DNA of 64,000 bases from Candidatus Nomurabacteria bacterium (GCA_026396015.1 JAPLXP010000004.1:1546-65545); one strand, 5' to 3'; positions 19,518 through 30,781 are shown, counted from the first letter of the stretch. Notes: a model not told the origin generated them from the sequence alone. Translations and numbers: made by a program.

Positions 19518-20099
19518 CTATGGGTGTTTTATTTTTTCTTTACCTTGTCTTAAAATATCTATCTTGCCTTTTGATAAATCTACGAGAGTCGATGGATGCC
19601 CCTCTCTCGTGCCATAACATATATAAGTATCCACATTATCATCAAAATATTTCCTTGCCTCTTTCCTATTCCTAGCTGGTGGCAAACCCTGAGGATTTGC
19701 AGATGGAGCGATGATTGGCCCCAGCTTTTTAATCAAATCCAAAAGATGCTTATTCCTGCTGCCAATCATACGTACTGCCACTGTATTTGTTCCTCGATGT
19801 AGATATTCAAACTTTTTTAAATTACAAGGCAAAACAACACTGAGGACTGCTGGCCAATTGTTATCTAAAAACTCTTTCTGATTTTTATCCAATTTAATAC
19901 CAAGAGCTATCAGGTCACCAAAGCTAGATACTAATAGTATACATGGCTTTTTCTCATCTCTACCGCGGACAGAATACACATGCTCTACAGCTTTTTTATC
20001 CAGAGCCCTAGCCACAATACCATAAATAGTATCAGTAGGAATAACTGCGATTCCGCCATCCATCAAAACCTCTTCAACTTTTTTCCAATCAGATTTCAT
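19518..20099 (-). CDS. tsaC: L-threonylcarbamoyladenylate synthase (Sua5/YrdC/TsaC)
   Basis: PTDTIYG, RGR, VAVR, PSANPQG, PSTLVD and ILRQG motifs. Start moved to ATG 20099. Confidence 0.9.
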   Translation of the reverse strand: MKSDWKKVEEVLMDGGIAVIPTDTIYGIVARALDKKAVEHVYSVRGRDEKKPCILLVSSFGDLIALGIKLDKNQKEFLDNNWPAVLSVVLPCNLKKFEYLHRGTNTVAVRMIGSRNKHLLDLIKKLGPIIAPSANPQGLPPARNRKEARKYFDDNVDTYICYGTREGHPSTLVDLSKGKIDILRQGKEKIKHP

Positions 20100-20167
20100 A
20101 AACAGACAATAACACATATTTAGGTAAAATAAAAAGCGAGTATTCTGAGATACTCGCTTTTTTAAAT

Positions 20168-20584
20168 TTAATAACAATCACTGTGATCATTATTTGTTCT
20201 AAAATCTTTTTTTAATTTTGAAATATGAAAAGGCTTTTTTTCTGTTTTTATTATTTTTAAAACAGAGTCTTCTGGTCGTGAAGTAAAATCATGATCATCA
20301 AAAATTTTTTGATGATCAATAGTCTTTTGATTATCAATTTCTTGATAATTTACAGTAAAATCAACTGGCATATCACCCAGTTCATAATGAGTTGGATGTA
20401 GGTCACTCATTTGTTTGGTCGTATTATTTTCATCTACGACACTTTTTGATTGAAATTTTTCCGGAAAATGTCCGTGAAAATTTTTTTCAAAAATTTCAAG
20501 TGGTAAATCATGTTTTGCCACATTTTTACCAAATTCCACTTCTTCAGTAGAAGTGGTAATTTTCAAGTTGTCATTGTTTTCCAT
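20168..20584 (-). CDS. Hypothetical protein (AT-rich)
   Basis: ORF from ATG 20584 (MENNDNLK...); no recognised motif. Confidence 0.55.
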   Translation of the reverse strand: MENNDNLKITTSTEEVEFGKNVAKHDLPLEIFEKNFHGHFPEKFQSKSVVDENNTTKQMSDLHPTHYELGDMPVDFTVNYQEIDNQKTIDHQKIFDDHDFTSRPEDSVLKIIKTEKKPFHISKLKKDFRTNNDHSDCY

Positions 20585-20619
20585 GGTTTTTAGTTTTAAA
20601 GGTACAAAAATTAATGAGC

Positions 20620-20763
20620 AAAAAAAATGAGCTTCTAACACGATGTTAGAGAGCTCATTTTTTTGTTTTTTAGTAGTTTAAAAAAACACAAAAATTAACC
20701 CTCTAACTGATAATCCAGCAGGTTAATATAAATGACGTTTATATTTTTTAAACTTTGTCTCAT
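20620..20763 (-). promoter_or_regulatory. Candidate leader-peptide attenuator
   Basis: 22-aa leader ORF at 20763-20695 and terminator hairpin at 20620-20664. The leader's gttagaggg is complementary to the terminator arm ctctctaac. Confidence 0.55.
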
Positions 20764-20801
20764 ATTTTATAATATATCAAAAAATAATTTTAATTGCAAG
20801 A

Positions 20802-21911
20802 CTACACCTTAAACTCCATGACATCCCCATCTTTTACTATATATTCCTTGCCTTCTGTTCGAACTTTACCTTTTGCACGAGCATCACCGTAACTACCTGC
20901 TGCTAGCAAATCATTCCAGAATACCACCTCTGCACGTATAAATCTATCTTTAAAATCTGTATGTATAGCCATACCAGCTACTGGTGCTGTAGATCCTGTC
21001 TTAATAGTCCATGCACGAGTCTCTTCTACTCCTGTAGTAAAATACGTATCGAGCCCTAGTAGCTTGTAGCATCCACCAATCAGATCATTGATACCATCAT
21101 GCTCGCCGCCGAGTTCACGGCGGAATATCTCTTTTTCTTCGCCTTCAAAATCTTTCAACTCATCTTCAATCTTTGCATCAATCAGAATAAATTGTGACCC
21201 CCCGGCGACAATCTCATTGGTCATCTCTTTAAAATATTCCGGCTTCTCTTCATCCAGATTCACCACACCTGCTTTTTTATTTAGTCCATAGATCATAGGC
21301 TTGCTGGTGAGCAAATTTAAACTTTTTATTTTTTTGAATTCTTCTTCTGTGTACTCCAAGCTATTTGCGAGCTTACCTGCTTCTAATACTTTTTCTACTC
21401 GGCGCAAAATATCATCCTCCATTACAGCTTCTTTGTCGCCTTTCTTTACATCTTTTTGAAGATTGCTGAGTCTCTTTGTGACAGTTTCGAAGTCAGCGAG
21501 AATCAACTCTAGATTGATCACTGCAATATCTCTCATCGGATCGACATTGCCATAGACATGGGCAATTTCTTTATCTCCACCAGATAATGGGAATAGGCGT
21601 ACCATATGGAGTATGGCATCAGTCTCACGAATGTTTGCTAGGAATTTATTACCCAAACCTTCACCTTTACTTGCACCCTCTACTAGGCCTGCGATATCTA
21701 CAAATTCTACGACAGCTGGGATAGTACGATTTGTCTTTGAAAAATCAGCTAGCTTATACAGGCGATCATCAGGTACAGGAACTACACCCACAGATGGGTC
21801 AATAGTACAGAAAGGATAATTTTCTGCTGGTACACTCTTTTTAGTCAGAGCGTTGAATAATGTTGATTTTCCTACGTTTGGTAGACCTACAATTCCTATA
21901 GATAGTGACAT
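20802..21911 (-). CDS. ychF: Redox-regulated ATPase YchF
   Basis: GIVGLPNVGKSTLFN, NYPFCTIDP, DIAGLV, GEGLGNKFL and EGKEYIVKDGD motifs. Confidence 0.97.
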   Translation of the reverse strand: MSLSIGIVGLPNVGKSTLFNALTKKSVPAENYPFCTIDPSVGVVPVPDDRLYKLADFSKTNRTIPAVVEFVDIAGLVEGASKGEGLGNKFLANIRETDAILHMVRLFPLSGGDKEIAHVYGNVDPMRDIAVINLELILADFETVTKRLSNLQKDVKKGDKEAVMEDDILRRVEKVLEAGKLANSLEYTEEEFKKIKSLNLLTSKPMIYGLNKKAGVVNLDEEKPEYFKEMTNEIVAGGSQFILIDAKIEDELKDFEGEEKEIFRRELGGEHDGINDLIGGCYKLLGLDTYFTTGVEETRAWTIKTGSTAPVAGMAIHTDFKDRFIRAEVVFWNDLLAAGSYGDARAKGKVRTEGKEYIVKDGDVMEFKV

Positions 21912-21934
21912 GGAGATAATATAACAGAAATAAA

Positions 21935-24659
21935 TTATTTCACCAATTTTTTAATCTTTGCGCGAGTTTGTGGACCAAATATACCTGTAGCAGGCAGGCC
22001 ATTTTTACCCTGCCATTCTTTTAATGCAGCCTTAGTTAAATTACCAAAACTACTTGTCGCTCCATTTGATCTAAGTTCTTTTGCTTTTGGACCTTTAGCT
22101 TGTGATATTAAAAATTCTTGTAAAGTCTTTACGCTATCACCCACTACACCAGTTTCCAGAGTAATATTTATTTTCCTAATAGAAACAACAACCAAGTTAG
22201 AAAAATGTGCTAATTCTGTATTTGTGGGGTTATTAAAAGGTAATGAATTATTTACTAAAGACACTTTGATTTCTTTTTTATTATTTATATTTTCAGTAAA
22301 CGAAGAGACAACAGAGGCGGCTACATGCATAACTGGTGCAAAATTTGGATGACCGCTACTAACTACAGGGATGACTGGTGGTGATACAAACAAGCTCGGA
22401 TCAATAATATAGGCAAAAGTAGCTGTGGAAGAATTATTCAAAATATCACAAGCACGGACATATATAGTCCCCGTAGTAGACACTGTTATTGCATTTGAAT
22501 AAAGATTACCACTACTACAATCAGTAGGGATACCGGTTGTAGAATAACGAATTGAATCAGAGCCAACAGCTGTGATTAAAACGCTTCTCTCTGTTGGATA
22601 TGAACCCGCCACAGGATTTGCTATTGGTATTTCAGGTGGGGTCGTGTCTATGACATAAACAAAAGACGCAGTAGATGAATTTCCAGCTGTATCACAAGCT
22701 CTGACATATACAGTCTCTGAAATTGAAACAGAAATTGCTCCTGTATATAGAGTTCCACTACTACAATCTGTTGGTGTATTTGAAATTGAGTATTTTATCA
22801 AATCACTCCCCGTAGCAGATAAAATTACAGATTGAGTAGAGTTATATAGTCCAGCAACTGGTGATACGACAGGTGTTGATGGTGGTGTAGTATCAATAGT
22901 GTAAGTAAATGAAGTCGTCGATGAATTGCCTGCTAGATCACAAGCACGGACATATATAGTCTGTGAACTTGATACTGAAATATTTGTTGAGTATAAAGTT
23001 CCAGATGAACAGTCTGCTGGAGCACCAGATGTAGAGTATCTAATTGAATCAGAACCAGATTCACATGCGAGTGTGTAGATAGTCTGTGAAGTAGATACAG
23101 ATATTGCTCCTGTGTATAGAGTGCCACTACTACAATTTGCTGGTGTACCAGATGTTGAGTATCGAATTGAATCTGAGCCGGTAGCAGAGAGTGATACTGA
23201 TTGAGTAGAGTTGTAAAGTCCGGCAACGGGATTTGACACAGGAATACTAGGTGGCACAGTATCGATAGTATATACAAAACTTGCAGTACTTGAATTCCCA
23301 GCTAGATCACAAGCACGTACATATATTGTTTGTGTTGTGGATACAGATATAGCAGTTGAATACAAATTATCTGAAACACAAGATGCTGGTATACCAGACG
23401 TAGAATATCGAATTGAATCCGAGCCAGATGCAGATAAAGTAATAGACTGAGTACTATTGTATAAACCTGCAGGAATAGATACTGTCGGTGTTGATGGTGG
23501 TGTAGTATCAATAGTATAAGTAAATGAAGTCGTAGATGAGTTCCCTGCTAAATCACAAGCTCTGACATAAATAGTCTGTGTTGTTGATACTGAGATTGAT
23601 GTTGAATACAAAGTTCCAGATGAACAGTCCGATGGAGTACTAGATGTAGAGTAGCGGATTGAATCACTTCCACTTGCTGAGAGAGTCACTGATTGAGTTG
23701 AATTAAATAGTCCGGAATCAGGTAGAGCAGTAGCACTCGATGGTGCAATAGTATCGATAGTGTATGCAAATGAAGCAGTGGATGAATTCCCAGCTAAGTC
23801 ACAAGCACGTACATAGATTGTCTGTGAACTTGATACTGAGATATTTGTTGAATACAAAGTTCCACTTGAACAATCAGCTGGTGTACTAGATGTAGAGTAG
23901 CGAATTGAATCTGAACCGATAGCCGACAAAGATACAGATTGCGTTGAATTAAATAATCCAGCACCTGGAGAAGCTACAGGTGTAGACGGCGGCACAGTAT
24001 CAATGGTGTATGTAAATGAAGCAGTGGATGAATTCCCCGCTAGATCACAAGCGCGAACATTTATAGTATGACTAATAGAGATTGAAATATTGGTTGAGTA
24101 TAAAGTTCCACTTGAACAATCTGCGACAGCAGAATCTAGAGCATAGCGAATCAAATCAGAGCCGAGAGCAGAGAGTGATACTGATTGAGTTGAATTAAAT
24201 AATCCAGCAGTGGGTGTTGCCACAGGAGTACTCGGCGGCACAGTATCGATAGTATATGCAAAACTTGTGGTACTTGAATTACCAGCTAGGTCACATGCAC
24301 GCACATATATTGTGGATGTTGTTGATACTGAGATTGATGTTGAATACAAAGTTCCAGATGAACAGTCCGCTGGAATGCCAGATGTTGAGTAGCGGATTGA
24401 ATCACTTCCACTTGCTGAGAGAGTCACTGATTGAGTTGCATTGTAAAGTCCTGCCGAGGGTGTTGCCACAGGAGTACTCGGCGGCACAGTATCAATAGTG
24501 TATGAAAATGAAGCTGTGGATGAATTGCCTGCTAGATCACAAGCACGGACATATATAGTCTGTGAACTTGATACTGAAATATTTGTTGAGTATAAAGTTC
24601 CAGATGAACAGTCTGCTGGAGCACCAGATGTAGAGTATCTAATTGAATCAGAACCAGAT
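21935..24659 (-). CDS. C-terminal part of a giant surface protein: tandem ~82-aa chitobiase/beta-hexosaminidase-C (Fn3-associated)-like repeats plus a peptidoglycan-binding domain
   Basis: Repeated P..AGLYNSTQSVTLSA.GSDSIRYS....P.DCSSGTLY...IYVRACD.AGNSS, then VKTLQEFL...FGNLTKAALKEWQ...TGIFGPQTR. The frame extends upstream of the GTG at 24487. Confidence 0.8.
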
Positions 24660-25810
24660 AGCTAGGTCACATGCGAGTGTGTAGATAGTCTGTGAAGTAG
24701 ATACAGATATTGCTCCTGTGTATAGAGTGCCACTACTACAATTTGCTGGTGTACCAGATGTAGAGTATCGAATTGAATCTGAACCTGAAGCAGATAATGT
24801 GATTGATTGAGTTGAATTGTAATATCCAGCTATAGGACTAGCCACAGCCGCAGATGGTGGAGTCGTATCTATTGTATAAGCAAAAGAGGCAATCGTAGAA
24901 TTATTTGAAATATCACAAGCACGTACATATATTGTTTGTGAACTTGATACAGATATTGCACCATTATATAGCGTACCACTACTACAATCTGCAGGATAAC
25001 CACTATTTATTGAATACCGAATAAAACTACTACCAGTGGCAGATAATGACACAGATTGAGTTCCATTATAAATACCAGCAGGTACGGACGATACTGGATC
25101 AGGACATCCAGCCGTGTGAAAAGTATTATCTCCAGATACAGTATTATTCCCTACTAGATCACGAGATGAAATTCTATAATGATAAATAGTGCAGACAGTC
25201 AGACTAGATAAAGATGTATCATGAGTCATGACAGTAGATCCGGAGCTCAGACTTCCAGAAGAAGAACCATACGAAGAAGTCAAACCATAATCAACTAAAC
25301 TATAGGTATTCTCTTGAGTAATCCAAGTCACATCTGCTGTCGTACTAGTGGTGGTAGTATTGATGCTACTCTGAACTGGAGATTTATAATCTACACTCAC
25401 AGCAGAGCTTTGATAATAATTTCCAGTCTGACCAGAACTACTATGAGGCAAGAGCCTAAGATAAAAAGATCCTTCTTGATTTACTAAATCAGTAAGACCG
25501 TCCCATACAAAACGATGAGAAATACCAGATGGAGAAGAAGTTAACCCCGTAATGCCACTATGCGTACCGTCGCTTGATTTTGGTGTGGCAGTATGCTGTT
25601 CACCACCAAATGCTCCAGTACTGGAATATTCATAAGTAGGAAAATCTATAGTACCACTATTATCATCTTTTAAATTATAATCAAAATCTACTAAACCACT
25701 CAATTGACTCCTCAAAGAAGAAGAACTAAAAGTTAAAGACGGTTTTGCTGGTGTAACCTCACTAATATCAATCACATTTATTGGTGTAATTCTCCAAGCT
25801 GTTCCAGGTC
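24648..25810 (-). CDS. Middle segment of the giant surface protein (Ig/Fn3-like domains plus first repeats), frameshifted at both ends
   Basis: VTWITQE..SLVDYGLTSSYG...YHYRISSRD Fn3-like motif; same repeat type as the downstream segment. Confidence 0.7.
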
Positions 25811-27849
25811 ATAAATACTATTCCACTTGAATTCGGTGTCACAGAATTAAAAGTAGCAGTAGCACAAGAAGATGTACAAGCAGACCCACCTGTAGATAGT
25901 GATACATTTGCACCTACGTTATTATAGAATTGCAGTGGTCCCTGAGTAGATACAGAACCTGATCCTTGTACTGTAAAATAGCCTTGGGTCAATCCACCAT
26001 TTTGATTTTTTGTAGAACCAAATAAAATAACTTTATAATATTTTGCTGGATCTAAATGTCGAATTTCAATTTTACCAGGAGATTCAGTCCCAGAATAAAC
26101 AACTATATCTTTTGCTATTTTAGCATTTGGATACAAGCCTGTTCCATCTGTAGTAGCTTGTGCACCTTCCATAGAAGCTGAGCCTGTTTTTAAATTGTCA
26201 TTATTTGTATTTGTCGCTTGTGGCAAGGCTACAGTCAAAGATGAAGATACATTGCTAGTATCTACCAATGACTGAGAGACTTTTTCTGCAGAAAATGAAT
26301 CGTTGGTATTTACTTCATTCCAATACATTCCATTTGTGGAACTACCAGACACGCTATCTAGTGCAGTCGTAGCACTATTAACCCCGAGATTTATGAGCCA
26401 TCTCCTACCGACGGGAACAATATTATTAATACGAGAAACAAAAGCATTTTTTTCAACACTAGCCGGCAGGAAATTTGCGAAGGTTGTAGCAGTGTCGATG
26501 TCTGTTTGAGAGCGACTAGCCTCTGCTGTAGATACCACAGTCTCTACGTGTGTAAAATCATTAGAAGTAAACACAGCTCCCCAATCAACGTTAATCAATC
26601 CAGTATTCAGATTTTCACTATGTGCAGTAAATTCCCCATTTGCATAAGAGATAGATTGAATATCTGCATTTGATGTCACTTTCAAAGAAAGAGCATCTCG
26701 TCTCAATCCAGCCGGAACACTACTGGTGTCCAATGTAATAGTCAAAACATTACCAACTAGATTTGTAGATACTCCAGTATTTTGTTTTACTGCTAAATAT
26801 TCATAAACTTCTTGAGCTGGTGCAACCCATGCAGTATCATTACCAACACGTCCATATGTATTTGAAATATGATCCATTAAAGCTTTATAATCAGTCCAAT
26901 TCATACTACCACCAGTAGCAACACCAACGCGATGAGTAAAACCAATACCCCACAATTTAGTGCTACCAGTACTGTTTGTAGCGAGAGTATCAACAAAATC
27001 ATTTACCGTAGTAGCACCAGTAAAACGATCACTACTATAAAAATATCGATAAGCAAAAAGATGATTCAAATCTATATTCGAAGTCACATCCATACCAGTA
27101 GTAGAAGGATTTACTGTTCCTCCAGAATAAGTAAAGGAAGAACTTTCACTGGCAAAAAGTTTGTACCCATGATTGAAAGCAGGGTCGGCATAATTTCCAT
27201 CCCCAGCAGGAGGTACAAATTCTGATGTCGCAGGGATACTACTATTTGAAGATAACAAAGAAAGATTTTGCTCTATTTCATAATTGTAATCAATAGTACT
27301 TGCGCCATGTGGAGCAGGATATGAATATACGTAATTTGCACCTAAGGTAAGAGCTGACGCATGAGACCAACTATGGTTTGCAATATCAAAACCTTTATTA
27401 TAAATATCAGTAAGATTTGCCCATGTAAATAAATTCACCCCCGTATGAATGTCTGCATATCCATTATTATAATTTGTACTATTCCAAATCATATCACCTA
27501 AAAACGGATGACTTGAAAGTGCCGCAGATCTACCAGACCCATCAGTATAAAAAATACCGCCATAGGATTCACTACGTAAAGCGCTAGTACCACCATATAA
27601 ATATTTAAACCCGTTTTCATACTGATCATAACTACCATCATCAAACTGAAAACTGAAGGCAAAATTCTTATTATATTTAAGTGGAGTCTTTATAATAGTG
27701 GGAGATGCTGGTGTAGTAGCAAAAGTCACAGTGATAACCTTACTATTTGAAGCACCAGTTGTAGATGGCTTCTCAATAAAAAAACCACAAACAATCACAA
27801 GTGTGGCAAATATTGAAAGTATAAAAATTTGAGATAATGTTTTTTTCAT
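25768..27849 (-). CDS. N-terminal segment of the giant surface protein: signal/TM anchor plus polysaccharide deacetylase (CE4/NodB)-like domain
   Basis: FSFQFDDG and DIANHSWSH metal-binding motifs; N-terminal hydrophobic helix. Confidence 0.75.
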   Translation of the reverse strand: MKKTLSQIFILSIFATLVIVCGFFIEKPSTTGASNSKVITVTFATTPASPTIIKTPLKYNKNFAFSFQFDDGSYDQYENGFKYLYGGTSALRSESYGGIFYTDGSGRSAALSSHPFLGDMIWNSTNYNNGYADIHTGVNLFTWANLTDIYNKGFDIANHSWSHASALTLGANYVYSYPAPHGASTIDYNYEIEQNLSLLSSNSSIPATSEFVPPAGDGNYADPAFNHGYKLFASESSSFTYSGGTVNPSTTGMDVTSNIDLNHLFAYRYFYSSDRFTGATTVNDFVDTLATNSTGSTKLWGIGFTHRVGVATGGSMNWTDYKALMDHISNTYGRVGNDTAWVAPAQEVYEYLAVKQNTGVSTNLVGNVLTITLDTSSVPAGLRRDALSLKVTSNADIQSISYANGEFTAHSENLNTGLINVDWGAVFTSNDFTHVETVVSTAEASRSQTDIDTATTFANFLPASVEKNAFVSRINNIVPVGRRWLINLGVNSATTALDSVSGSSTNGMYWNEVNTNDSFSAEKVSQSLVDTSNVSSSLTVALPQATNTNNDNLKTGSASMEGAQATTDGTGLYPNAKIAKDIVVYSGTESPGKIEIRHLDPAKYYKVILFGSTKNQNGGLTQGYFTVQGSGSVSTQGPLQFYNNVGANVSLSTGGSACTSSCATATFNSVTPNSSGIVFMTWNSLENYTNKCD

Positions 27850-27945
27850 GAACAATAATATAGAACATACAAATTATAGCATATTCATAGTTTATAAAAC
27901 AAAAAAATCCTAGCGTTAAAGCTAAGATTTTTTGTTTTGTAAAGT

Positions 27946-28248
27946 TTATTTTTGCATTAATTGAAACAGTGGCATCAATGCTTCGCGATGCTTCATCACT
28001 TCGTTCTTGTATTTACCCATTACAAGAACAGCAGCATACTGTTCGTCGAGTCCTCCTTTCTTTTTTTCCTCAATCTCCTTCTGAATATTTTCAAAAAGTT
28101 CTTTCACTTCTTTATTTGATTCTAATACTTTTAAACTCTCTGCAATTTCTGGATTATTTGCGAGTTTTTCTGCTAATGCTTCAGCTTGGTCTTTTGACAC
28201 ACCCTTTGCACGAAGCGCTGTGGACATTAAAAATGATTTAATTGACAT
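27946..28248 (-). CDS. Hypothetical helical protein
   Basis: 100-aa ORF followed by a terminator hairpin at 27897-27939. Confidence 0.65.
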   Translation of the reverse strand: MSIKSFLMSTALRAKGVSKDQAEALAEKLANNPEIAESLKVLESNKEVKELFENIQKEIEEKKKGGLDEQYAAVLVMGKYKNEVMKHREALMPLFQLMQK

Positions 28249-28278
28249 ATTATGGATATTAGCATAAAAATAAGGTGT

Positions 28279-29208
28279 ATGAAAGGCAAAACTAAAATCA
28301 TCGTGATCCTAGGCCAGACTGCCACAGGCAAGAGTGATTTTGCAGTGGAAATTGCAAAAAATATTGGCGGGGAAGTCATATCTGCTGATTCACGCCAAGT
28401 ATATACAGGTATGGATATTGGTACAGGCAAAATCACTAAAAAAGAAATGCAGGGAGTGTCACATCATCTACTAGATGTCGCCTCACCTACCACAATTTTT
28501 TCTGTATCAAAATTTAAAAAGATGGCTGATAAAAAAATAATAGAAATTAGTAAAAATGGCCATATTCCAATCATCTGTGGTGGTACTGGTTTTTATATTG
28601 ATGCATTAATAGACAATGTAATCCTCCCCTCTGTAAAACCAGACAAAAAACTAAGAACTGAATTAGAAAAAAAATCTACTGATGAGTTATATTCAATACT
28701 AAAAGAGCTAGATGAAAATCGAGCAGAGAATATAGATAAAAAAAATCCGGTGCGTCTTATCCGAGCCATTGAGATAGCGAAAGTCTTAGGCTCTGTCCCC
28801 TCTATATCTAAAAATCCAGAATCAAAATACGATGTGTTAAAAATAGGGCTGGCACTGCCAGATGAAATACTAAAAGAACGCATAAACAAACGTCTACATG
28901 CTCGAATAAAGTCTGGCATGATCAAAGAGGTACAAAATCTTTATGATCAAAATATCTCATGGAGAAAATTAGAAAATTTCGGTCTTGAATACAGGTACTG
29001 TGCACAATTTTTGCAAGGAAAATTTGGAGATACCAAGAAAAAAGAATCGAAAGAAAAAATGATTGAACTACTCAATACTGAAATCTGGCATTATGCAAAG
29101 CGCCAAAAGACATGGTTCAAAAGAGATAAAGACACTATATGGATAAACCCCCTAGAAACTCATGAGAGAGCGAGAGCATTAAAAAAAGTAAAAGATTTTA
29201 TTAAATAA
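28279..29208 (+). CDS. miaA: tRNA dimethylallyltransferase
   Basis: GQTATGKS, ISADSRQVY, GTGK, CGGTGFY and YAKRQKTWF motifs. Confidence 0.96.
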   Translation: MKGKTKIIVILGQTATGKSDFAVEIAKNIGGEVISADSRQVYTGMDIGTGKITKKEMQGVSHHLLDVASPTTIFSVSKFKKMADKKIIEISKNGHIPIICGGTGFYIDALIDNVILPSVKPDKKLRTELEKKSTDELYSILKELDENRAENIDKKNPVRLIRAIEIAKVLGSVPSISKNPESKYDVLKIGLALPDEILKERINKRLHARIKSGMIKEVQNLYDQNISWRKLENFGLEYRYCAQFLQGKFGDTKKKESKEKMIELLNTEIWHYAKRQKTWFKRDKDTIWINPLETHERARALKKVKDFIK

Positions 29209-29238
29209 AAATAGCCCCGATCGGGGCTATTTTTATTT
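29204..29238. terminator. Bidirectional intrinsic terminator
   Basis: aataaaaatagcccc-gatc-ggggctatttttatt between convergent genes. Confidence 0.8.
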
Positions 29239-29243
29239 TAGAA

Positions 29244-29918
29244 TTATTTCAACAAGAAACGTAGGGTAGATACGAGGCGGATTTTCTTCCATTCTGGAGA
29301 TCCTGGATCCTTGTTTACGATATCAAATACTCCTTGATTCCCTCTGTTTACAGTACCCAATTTTGCACCAGAATTTGTGGCGAATTGTGTAGCTGTGTCC
29401 TGGGCATTTTTGATAGCTTCAGCTAACATCTCTGGCTTTACACTATTGAGATCAGAGAATTCAAAAGAGATATTGTTCTGAGTGAGTACTACGCCCTTCT
29501 TTACAAGATTTAGTGTATCATTTGAAGCTGCCTTGGCTAGGTCGACTTTCTTTGTGTACACAGATACTTGGTTTGTAGAATTATAGCGGAATGCAGCCTC
29601 CTTGTATGTATCTTGATAAAGATTTACTGGTGCGACATTGATTTCTGTATCCTCAAAACCTTTTTCCTTCAAGAAAGCTTTTATTGAAGTGATATTTTTC
29701 TCTGTATCAGAATAGAGAGAGTCAATACTGTTAGATTTTACCTCAAAAGTGAGGGCCCAGATAGCGGTATCAGATTTTACGATTTTCTCAGATAGACCTT
29801 TTACCTCGACATATGCATTTTGCTTTGAAAAATTTTGTGCAGCAAAAAAGAATAACAACCCAAAGACAACGACTGCTAGGCTAATAACCCAAAGACTGTT
29901 GTTTTTTAATGTTTCCAT
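29244..29918 (-). CDS. SIMPL (DUF541) domain protein
   Basis: VEVKGLSEKIV, KPEMLAEAIKNA, A.QFA.NSG and KKIRLVST motifs. Confidence 0.85.
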   Translation of the reverse strand: METLKNNSLWVISLAVVVFGLLFFFAAQNFSKQNAYVEVKGLSEKIVKSDTAIWALTFEVKSNSIDSLYSDTEKNITSIKAFLKEKGFEDTEINVAPVNLYQDTYKEAAFRYNSTNQVSVYTKKVDLAKAASNDTLNLVKKGVVLTQNNISFEFSDLNSVKPEMLAEAIKNAQDTATQFATNSGAKLGTVNRGNQGVFDIVNKDPGSPEWKKIRLVSTLRFLLK

Positions 29919-30013
29919 ATTTATAGTATACCACATTTTAGAGATTAATGACAGAATCCAAATTAGTATATTACGATATAAAGAAATAATAATAACCTAT
30001 CATTGATAGGTTA

Positions 30014-30313
30014 TTATTTCTCTCCTTTTAATATTATTCTCTTTTCAAATCCTCCCCTGTCTTCAAATTTTTCTTGGCGGACTTTTTCAACATCCATATA
30101 TTCGGGTAATTTACGTAGAGCCTCAATCACCTCCAATACATCAGCTAGTTCCTCCACACTACCATCAGCATTGAATTCATTTGCCTCTTCTGCGAGCTTT
30201 TTAATCAATTCAATCTTGTACTCCTTAAAATCTGCAATCCTCTTTTCATAAGGAATATTTTTTCCATCCAGCATCTCTGGTATTTTGTCTCTGACTAGCT
30301 TGTTGTATTTCAT
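30014..30313 (-). CDS. MazG-like / phosphoribosyl-ATP pyrophosphohydrolase-family NTP pyrophosphatase
   Basis: YNKLVRDKIP, KL.EE..E, EELADVLEV and RGGF motifs. Confidence 0.85.
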   Translation of the reverse strand: MKYNKLVRDKIPEMLDGKNIPYEKRIADFKEYKIELIKKLAEEANEFNADGSVEELADVLEVIEALRKLPEYMDVEKVRQEKFEDRGGFEKRIILKGEK

Positions 30314-30319
30314 ATTTTT

Positions 30320-30781
30320 TTATTTATAATTTTTTCCAATAAAATTCCAAGGTAATTTAATATAAAATTCTGGGAATTTATTTAAGACCCATTGAACATA
30401 GGTATTACTATTTGGACCTAATATAGCATATCGATGCAGATACGGATAGGTTTGCTGTGATTTTTCAATAAAATCGATCGCTTCATATGCCTTAGAATTT
30501 TCATCACCTTCTATAAGACCTTCAAGTCGAGCCCTCTGCAAAAACATCCTTGAAAAATGGAAAAATCCAATACCTAAAAATGGTGGGTAGCTATTGAAAA
30601 ACATATAGCCAGATTCTGGATTGTTCTTGTAATGAGCCACTTCAAAGCGCGAAATAACGCCCTTCTTATTTATTACAAACCAAGGATGCCGTGCAAAATT
30701 GAATGGGAAATAAGCTCCACAGCTAAATAAAAAAACTTGGTATTTATCGGACTTAATTAAATTTTGGAATTCAGGATTCAT
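30320..30781 (-). CDS. DUF3750-like / permuted papain-like protein
   Basis: FARHPWFV and YP...Y..LGPNSNTYVQWVL motifs. Confidence 0.65.
   Translation of the reverse strand: MNPEFQNLIKSDKYQVFLFSCGAYFPFNFARHPWFVINKKGVISRFEVAHYKNNPESGYMFFNSYPPFLGIGFFHFSRMFLQRARLEGLIEGDENSKAYEAIDFIEKSQQTYPYLHRYAILGPNSNTYVQWVLNKFPEFYIKLPWNFIGKNYK

Noticed and set aside
21935-27849. TGA recoding (code 25) or a diversity-generating retroelement explaining the split gene
   Set aside because: The breaks are frameshifts rather than in-frame TGA. Core genes are intact under code 11, and there is no reverse transcriptase or adenine-specific mismatch pattern.
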